From Octopus sinensis (lineage: Eukaryota), in the NCBI RefSeq assembly GCF_006345805.1, contig NW_021832695.1, positions 1 to 29,821 of the forward strand: a stretch of DNA of 29,821 nucleotides, in the 5' to 3' direction. Below are positions 22,620-29,821 of this stretch, piece by piece; within the stretch, counting starts at the first letter, position 1; each line of letters begins with the position of its first letter. The notes under the pieces were generated by a model, which saw only the letters and a program-made list of their open reading frames with translations, was not told the origin of the DNA and made no database searches. The translations under genes and the position numbers were made by a program.

Positions 22620-22800
22620 AGTAAAGACAGAGGGCTCTCGAACGAAATTAAACGTAAATTCATTGCAAGAAACAGTGTACTCCTAACCTTCTATCATCTC
22701 ATAAAAATACATAAACAGAAACCACATTTAAAGATTAAACCTATTGTCTCTAGTATTAACAGATCCTTTAACAAAATCTCTCGGCTTCTCGCTATTCTGA
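22620..22800 (+). pseudogene. Penelope-like RT N-terminal fragment
   Basis: TFYHLIKIHK...IKPIVSSIN..FNKISRLL (PLE motif FY.LPKIHK...RPIVS). Confidence 0.75.
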
Positions 22801-23076
22801 GTTTCGCCAGTAGGATTTTCCAGGAGTCGTAACTTGCATGAAAGACCCTGAGCACCTACAGGTGAAACTCGCAGTAGTAAGAGATAGGCTCTACGAAAAT
22901 AAAAATATTGTTTGATCTTTATCGAGTATCCTTTTTCCTCCACTGGTATGTATACATAAATGCATGCGTGCGTGTGTGTGTGTCCTTGTATTTGTGTGTG
23001 TGTGTGTGTGTGAGTGTGTATGCATGTGTGTGTGTCCATTATTCAGGCAGACAAGTTAGGTAGGTAGGTAGGTAGG

Positions 23077-23110
<34 letters not shown>

Positions 23111-23425
23111 ATACGTACTAATACATACTAATACATACTAATACATACACCAACCCTATACATACACACGTCCAGACCCCTCATACGCACTTATACTCTC
23201 TCATACACACACACACACACTTATACATACTAATACGTACTAACACATACTAATACATACTAATACATACACCAACCCTATACATACACACGTCCAGACC
23301 CCTCATACGCACTTATACTCTCTCATACACACACCACACACACACTTATACATACTAATACGTACTAATACATACTAATACATACTAATACATACACCAA
23401 CCCCATACATACGCCTGTCCAGACC
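23111..23425 (+). repeat. Tandem repeat with a unit of about 122-125 bp, about 2.5 copies
   Basis: Unit starts ATACGTACTAA at 23111, 23233 and 23358. Confidence 0.9.
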
Positions 23426-23429
23426 TATC

Positions 23430-23720
23430 CTAGGGTCATTCAACCCTATTATCAACCCTATTATCTCCCCTTATTTCGCTCTCGCGTCTCATGTTTGATC
23501 TGTGCCCTCTGGCCGAAATCAGATCGCCATGTTGATTCGTTAGTTACTGCACGCATTTTTTTTCTCTCCTTCTTTCTGTGTTTTTTTTCTCTCTGTGTAT
23601 CTTTCTGTTGAAGAGCGTAGGCTCGAAACGTTAAAGACTTGTTTTATTTATATTTCCTGAGCGCCATACTAATACAATTGTTGTTTGTTTTCCACCTGCT
23701 TCGTCTTTTGTCTATTTTCA
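23430..23720 (+). mobile_element. Penelope-type terminal repeat remnant with minimal hammerhead-like motif (23600-23637)
   Basis: TCTTT-CTGTTGAA-GAGC GTAG GCTC-GAAACGTT-AAAGA. Homologous to 26770-26963. Confidence 0.55.
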
Positions 23721-23735
23721 TAAAGCTTCCCTATA

Positions 23736-23818
<83 letters not shown>

Positions 23819-24655
23819 CACATCACAGCACTGTTCAGTGAGTTCTTCTATATTTAAAAGAAGAGTGTGATTTGAATGAGTTTCATTGCTATTCCTTGCA
23901 TGTCGAACTACCATTCAGAAGTTGTATTTCACAGCAGGTTTCGATTCCTTGAAGCAGAGACTTTATTCAACCTACTCTACTAGTCCACTAAATAAAAACA
24001 ATCAGACTACGTCAATCCTCTGAGATCAATAGAGCTGATCATCTAATTAGTAGCGGTCAGACGTTTGATCACATGCAGTGAGAATCAATCTACCTCCACC
24101 CTACATACATACACTACATATACACATATATACTCGCGCGCAAGTGTAATATTAACAAAGAGTAAATATTTACATATGTACAATACATAACTATTCAACC
24201 TGTGCTAATGCGTGATTACATATGCTTGTGTGCCACGCACATATACACTATGCATGTGTAATATGTGTGTGTGCGTGTGTTTATATATACCTACATAAAT
24301 ATATTATATATATATCTGTGTGTGTGTTTATAACAATATAATAGAAACAGAGAATTCCAATCACGGGTTTCTTTATTAATCACAATGATCGTTTCGACCC
24401 ATTTTGCAACGGTCTCTCGCGGGTGAGATACTCTACAACTGGTTGTAGTGAATCATTGTGTGCAGATGTGTTTCGTCACATGACTTTTCAAAATGTACCT
24501 CGCTCAATAACCTCGGTTTCGCTTGGTCCAATTACAATGCATGTCTTTACTTTCTTGTAGCTGGCTGCTTAGAGGTCAACCACGCACCTGGTCACCAACC
24601 CAGTTATTTCCACATCCCCACATATACATACATGCATACATACACATATATACAT

Positions 24656-24797
24656 ATTGTTGGATGGCTGTTGACTACTCATGAGCTCTTCCGCCCTTGA
24701 CAGGTCTTATTTTTCGCCCTGCAGTGTATCCAACAAACACCCGCCGCACCAAGCAAGCTTTATGGTGTTGCCAGTTTAGTCGCCAACAACCCGGCCA

Positions 24798-24798
<1 letters not shown>
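24656..24798 (-). mobile_element. Partial second copy of the 12334-12885 element
   Basis: GGCCGGGTTGTTGGCGACTAAACTGGCAACACC..AAGCTTGCTTGGTG..GTCAACAGCCATCCAAC aligns with 12386-12525. Confidence 0.8.
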
Positions 24799-24832
<34 letters not shown>

Positions 24833-24922
24833 ATGTATGTATATATATAATATATATATATATATGTATGTATGTATGTATGTATAAATATATATACATA
24901 TATATATATATTATATATATAT

Positions 24923-24955
<33 letters not shown>

Positions 24956-25215
24956 TACATGTGCATACATACATGTGCATACATACATACATATACATAT
25001 ATTATTATGTGAAATAGAAGATGAATAATCTTGTAGTAGATTAATCAAAAGTTTAACCGATACCTTAGTAGCAAAAATCACAGCAGTAAAAAGCACGGTT
25101 GGAGGTACAACCATCTGGCGTTGCAACCGTGCGTTGGTGCGGATAATTGAAATTAAAACATTATTGGTGAATTGAAGAAATGGAGCTGAACGCAGATTGA
25201 ACAGAAATCGTTTTA

Positions 25216-25302
25216 TTTCATTCTACACGTGTTCGAAAGGCACAAATTACCAAAATCCGATTGAATAATGGACCATATTGTGTCTTTCTCTTCAGGAAGA
25301 AA
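25216..25302 (-). ncRNA. Type I hammerhead, inverted copy with GAA instead of GAAA
   Basis: Reverse complement of 25466-25553 but one A shorter in the core. Confidence 0.6.
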
Positions 25303-25465
25303 AAAGGAAATCCGTTGGAAAAACAAAAAACAGAACAGAGGCGGAGCCAAAACAAATCGAACTATGCTCCTAAGAGCCCAGTTTCGCCATGGGCTCTTAG
25401 GAGCATAGTTCGATTTGTTTTTGCTCCGCCTCTGTTCTGTTTTTGTTTTCCAACGGAGTTCCTTT

Positions 25466-25553
25466 TTTCTTTCTGAAGAGAAAGACACAATATGGTCCCA
25501 TTATTCAATCGGATTTTGGAATTTGTGCCTTTCGAAACACGTGTAGAATGAAA
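25466..25553 (+). ncRNA. Type I hammerhead ribozyme (intact core)
   Basis: Stem I TTTCTTT/GAATGAAA (1-nt bulge); CTGAAGA (25473-79); stem II GAAAG/CTTTC extended by CACAA/TTGTG; GAAA (25534-37); palindromic stem III ACACGTGT; GUA triplet with predicted cut after 25545. Confidence 0.85.
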
Positions 25554-25621
25554 TAAAACGATTTCTGTTCAATCTGCGTTCAGCTCCATTTCTTCAATTC
25601 ACCAATAATATACATATATTA

Positions 25622-25661
<40 letters not shown>

Positions 25662-25731
25662 CATATATATAGAATTATATATATATATATGTATGTATAT
25701 ATATGTGTGTACGTATGTAGTATATGTGTAT

Positions 25732-25776
<45 letters not shown>

Positions 25777-25804
25777 TAATGAAACTCTCCTATTTCACTT
25801 TCTA

Positions 25805-25918
25805 GGAAGGGGTACTGAAAAGTTTGTGCTTTGGGTAAAAGAAAATGCAGTTAGTTGTGCCTCAAGCCAAGCCTTTCGCGATACCGTTAAAAGTTAAGAA
25901 CTTTTCAGCACCCCTCGT
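25805..25918. mobile_element. Mariner-type MITE
   Basis: Inverted termini GGGGTACTGAAAAGTT.. / ..AACTTTTCAGCACCCCTCGT. Confidence 0.7.
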
Positions 25919-26411
25919 CATATTATCTGGGTAATAACCTCATAACGTGCATTTAAATCGTCTTATACTGTTATCGACAACCCTATGCCAACAGCAATGC
26001 TTTGAAATGCAGTCTACCCGATGAAGTGCCGGCACACAACAGTTGCTGCTTTATATATATTTATGTAATTAAGCATAAAATTATTTTATGTAGTGATATG
26101 AGAATGAAAACTCAACAAATTGCAGCTGTTGCCACTACACAGAATCAAATGTTGTAATTTGTAATTAAAGCCTGTTTATTCCATCTTGTTGTATAGATTA
26201 TTTCTCATATATATATATATATATATATAATATATATATATACACGCACAGCATGCGCGCGTTCGCTAAATAGGATACGGTCCTTCATTGGAAATACATT
26301 GTAACTCTATATTTCAAGTGTTGTTTTAATAATTAACTAATTAAACAATCATTAGGCAATTCACTTTGATGAAAAACAATTACATATTCGTATCGAGTAT
26401 ACTTTTCTAAG

Positions 26412-26470
<59 letters not shown>

Positions 26471-26654
26471 CACACACATACATATATGCATTATATATAC
26501 ATTATGCATTTACTATATGTAATATATATACACGCTGATACATACGTTCATATTAACACATTCGTGCATCCGTGCGTTGTCGACGATAACAAAGGACGGA
26601 CATAGAATATGATGGGGCAGGGTTGCCGGCTGTAGCCATTCACACACACACACA

Positions 26655-26693
<39 letters not shown>

Positions 26694-26739
26694 CACACAC
26701 ACACACACAAAACAACACAACACACACACACACAACATA

Positions 26740-26769
<30 letters not shown>

Positions 26770-26784
<15 letters not shown>

Positions 26785-26962
26785 TTATTCGCCATGCTGG
26801 ACCACGGAACTCAACACGTTTCTTTTTTTTTTATTCTCTCTTTATTTATCCCTCATTCCTTTCTGTTGAAGAGCGAAGGCTCGAAACGTAAATGACTTTT
26901 CCATTTTCCCGAGCTTGTTGTTCCTTTACCTGTCTTCGTCTTTTTGTTCTATAAATTTGAAC

Positions 26963-26963
<1 letters not shown>
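26770..26963 (+). mobile_element. Penelope-type terminal repeat remnant with minimal hammerhead-like motif (26859-26895)
   Basis: CTTT-CTGTTGAA-GAGC GAAG GCTC-GAAACGTA-AATG. Confidence 0.55.
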
Positions 26964-27002
<39 letters not shown>

Positions 27003-27119
27003 CGTGCGTGCGTGTGAGTGTGTGTGTACATACATGCATACACACATACATATGTTATCTTTTTTCTTTAATCTTTTAATTGTTTCAGTCATTAGAATGT
27101 GGACACGCTGGGGCACCAG

Positions 27120-27290
27120 CTGGAAAACTGTTTAATCGAATGAATCGACTCCAGTACTTTCTTTTAAAACCTGATGCTTATTCTATCAGTCTTTTTTGCC
27201 GAAACGCTAAGTTACGGGGATATGAACACACCAGACTGGTTGTCAAGCGATGGTGGGGAACAAACGCAGACACACAGACTCACAGACACA
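27120..27290 (-). mobile_element. 3' half of microsatellite-containing SINE
   Basis: Reverse complement of the 2950-3100 region (GCTTGACAAC..CCCGTAAC..GGCAAAAAAGAC.GATA). Confidence 0.75.
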
Positions 27291-27296
27291 CAGACA

Positions 27297-27346
<50 letters not shown>

Positions 27347-27360
27347 CACACACAAATATA

Positions 27361-27427
27361 CAAGGGCGTGGTGAAAAGTTCGTGGCTTTGGTACTGTTAA
27401 AGCCAGGAACTTTTCAGCAGCCCTCGG

Positions 27428-27428
<1 letters not shown>
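27361..27428. mobile_element. Minimal mariner-type MITE (two TIRs with a spacer of about 9 bp)
   Basis: AGGGCGTGGTGAAAAGTTCGTGGCTTT / AAAGCCAGGAACTTTTCAGCAGCCCT; TA on both sides. Confidence 0.75.
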
Positions 27429-27458
<30 letters not shown>

Positions 27459-27499
27459 ATATAGTATATATATATATATATGATTTGATTTGATCTAGT

Positions 27500-27915
27500 T
27501 TCAGCACATCAACTGAATACATCCAGATTACAAGTTCAGGTTTATATCTGTAACTACTGGGGCATTAAATAACAGTCTTGAGAAATTAGGCTTCTCAAAA
27601 CCAGAAAGGAGAAAGCTAATTCGAAGACGACAGATCCAATCCATCACTGGAACTGTAGAACTCTGTAAAACTTACCAGAATTTATCATTTAAATATATAT
27701 GAGCATGTTCAGACATGTAACTATATGCATGAGCGTACATACATAAAACAAAAGATACAAATCTGCACATATACATACATACATACATACATACATACAC
27801 ATGCAAAAATACCCTGTTGTTGATGTTGAAATTCCAATGAAGGAGCCTTGAATCTAGGTTAGAAGCCAGCTCTTTCTCTATTGGCAAGAAATCTTGAAAT
27901 AGAACTGAACAATAA
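27500..27915 (+). mobile_element. 3' end of an RLE-type LINE (ORF C-terminus plus 3' UTR with internal (CATA)n)
   Basis: HPDYKFRFISVTTGAL..LEKLGFSKPERRKLIRR.QIQSITGTV.LCKT resembles the P...GALG...L..L...IQ..GT..I tail of R4-like RLE ORFs. The UTR extent is inferred. Confidence 0.6.
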
Positions 27916-27924
27916 CACACATAT

Positions 27925-28080
27925 ACACGACAGGCCTCTCTCAGTTTTCGTCTATCAAATTCACTCACAAGGCTTTTGTCAACCCGAGGCTAAAATAGAA
28001 GACACTTGCTCAATGTACTATACAGTGGGACTGAACCCAGAATCATGTGGTTGGGCCGCAAGGTTCTTACCACACAGCCA
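27925..28080 (-). mobile_element. 5' half of microsatellite-containing SINE
   Basis: Homologous to 1007-1150. Confidence 0.8.
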
Positions 28081-28189
28081 TAATTTTCTATCATGAAGCA
28101 GAAATAGCACAGCTAGGCTTTTCGTGCACAGAATATCACACGTTGATCATCCAATGTTTGTAATAATTGTTTGAAATTTAGGTACAATA

Positions 28190-28560
28190 CCAGCAATTTT
28201 GAGGCGAGGGTGTAAGGCGATAGCATCAACTCCAGTATTGACTGATACTTTATTTTATCAACCCTAAAAGGATGAAAATGTGGAGGCGCATTGCTTAGTG
28301 GTTAGAGTGCTGAACTCATAATCCTAAGATTGTGTGTTCGATTTCTGGAGAGAACAATGTATTGTGTTCTTGAGCAAAACACTTAATGAGTAATCTTGCA
28401 ACGGACCGGTGTCCTGTCCAAGGCGGAATATATGCGCCAGAGAAACCGGGAAGTCGGCCCTGTACTCCCTATGAAATAATGTGGACTAAGGATGTAAAGC
28501 CTAACTGACTTCGGAGAGATTTGAAACCAGAGCGTAAAGAGCAAAGCACGTCTTCTGTCA
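28190..28560 (-). mobile_element. Meta-like SINE split by a CORE-like SINE insertion
   Basis: Meta-like motif continues on both sides of 28279-28480. Confidence 0.6.
28279..28480 (+). mobile_element. tRNA-derived CORE-like SINE
   Basis: GTGGAGGCGCATTGCTTAGTGGTTAGAGTG..GTTCGATTTCTGG..TTGTGTTCTTGAGCAAAACACTT. Confidence 0.75.
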
Positions 28561-29199
28561 CTCTACCGATTCTTCTAGTCTACTACCCTCTTGAGGTTGT
28601 AATAATCAAAAGATAAAAGATCACCTTTGCTCCTTGAAAATGTCTTCTATGACACAAAGCCGCAATGAAACTATATAGCGGCTTAGTCACTGTTCTACCC
28701 ATACTCTCTCTAGAGTAACCTTTTTCAAGAAGTGGGCTGCATGAGACATGGCTTATTATCAGGTGGGCTTCACTATTAGAAAAATTTAGACTTTTGTTAG
28801 GCGTACCATTCAGAAAAGTCATGTAGGCCATAGTTTGACCATGACTGCTCTAGATCTTATTCGTTGGTCAATCTGTAAGATAAGGCAATCAAATTCCTTT
28901 CAAATTACAACCTACTGTCTTAAAAACAAACGGTGAGACAGTCACAGATGGAATGGCTCATGATTGATTATAGGTTTGTTCAATTATGGCTAAACAAACA
29001 TCAACTCCTCATACCCACCCTCTTTCTTTCATTTTTTCCTTTTTTAGAGAAAGAGATAAAAATGTCATTGATATTTTCACACTGAAAGGATGGAAGTCGA
29101 AATCGACCAAAGAGGTATTTGAAATCATAATATAAATAGCTTCTAAGCATTTTGTCCGACGATTTAATGATTCTTCAGCTTGTGCTGCCTTTGTAATAA

Positions 29200-29415
29200 T
29201 CCTTTCTACTACAGGCACAAGGCTTAAAGTTTTGGGGGAGAGTGATAATCGATTACATCGACCCCAATACTTGTCTGGTACTTATTTTATCGATCCTGAT
29301 TGGATGGAAGGCAAAGTCGATCTTGGCGGAATTTGATCTCAGAACATAAAGACAGACAAAATACCGCTCAGCATTTTACCCAGCGTGCTTAACCATTCTG
29401 CCAACTCGCTACCTT
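29200..29415 (-). mobile_element. Meta-like SINE
   Basis: Homologous to 2109-2302. Confidence 0.8.
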
Positions 29416-29426
29416 TGCCCTTTTAA

Positions 29427-29437
29427 TAATGATGATG

Positions 29438-29499
<62 letters not shown>
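29427..29499. repeat. (AAT)n microsatellite
   Basis: Directly visible. Confidence 0.95.
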
Positions 29500-29500
<1 letters not shown>

Positions 29501-29601
29501 TTGTTTCTCATCTGACGAAAGTATCACATAGACCCTATTTCAATTGCTTTGTGTTGCTGTTGCTTTAATTGTTGCTCTTATTAATTTCAAAGTACAAAGC
29601 T

Positions 29602-29821
29602 CTAATCTTCTCCCGAATAGGATCCACTGACTTCAATGCACTTGCTGTAGCACTTCAGTCGCTTCGTAAAGGTCCCATGGAAGTCCTCCAAAATGAAAGT
29701 GCTCAGGACCCTTGTCACAGCCTCCTTCATCTTCAAAACGACTATCTTTGAAGTTCTCCTTCAGCTTGGGGAAACAACAAAATCACAGGAAGCAAGGTCT
29801 GGACTATAAGTTAGGGTGAGG
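29602..29821 (-). pseudogene. Mariner (Tc1/mariner) transposase C-terminal remnant, frameshifted; runs off the window
   Basis: YSPDLASCDF, then LFPKLKE...RFE, then MKEAVTRVL...DFHG.F.K...Y.KCIEV.G.Y; the YSPDLAP.D motif is diagnostic of mariner. Confidence 0.85.

Larger units (their letters stand above)
25160..25609. mobile_element. Near-perfect palindrome (221/220-bp arms, 9-nt loop), probable PLE-derived inverted terminal repeat
   Basis: 25160-25380 is the reverse complement of 25390-25609 with 8 differences counted by eye. Confidence 0.85.

Noticed and set aside
23111-23425. Repeat array considered as CRISPR-like or functional
   Set aside because: Whole units are duplicated with no unique spacers; it is a eukaryotic tandem duplication of microsatellite-rich DNA.
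24375-24430. Minus-strand GACC...GGTC-GAAACGATC hammerhead-like motif
   Set aside because: The core reads CGCGAGA (3 mismatches) and the stem I partner is not adjacent; probably a dead PLE end.
28583-28831. 82-aa minus-strand ORF and nearby splice acceptors
   Set aside because: No recognisable motif, and the strongest acceptor leads to stops in all frames.

Overview
This is AT-rich, microsatellite-saturated eukaryotic DNA. The SINE repertoire, recognised from memory, points to a coleoid cephalopod, most likely Octopus. No intact host gene can be supported, and most long entries in the ORF track are translated (TA)n, (CA)n or (CATA)n repeats. The window is a mosaic of tRNA-derived SINEs, decayed LINEs (RTE, CR1, RLE/R4-like, possibly L1/Tx1), Penelope-like element (PLE) RT and GIY-YIG remnants, and mariner-type MITEs and transposase. 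The main unexpected signal is a cluster of self-cleaving ribozyme motifs. Two head-to-head fold-back cassettes (7865-8763 and 25160-25609) each carry an inverted pair of type I hammerheads with an 8-nt palindromic stem III and a GUA cleavage triplet. Two minimal variant hammerheads lie at 23600 and 26859. A slightly decayed HDV-like ribozyme sits at the apparent 5' end of a non-coding retroelement (12334-12411). All folds and alignments were done by eye; no database search or folding program was run.
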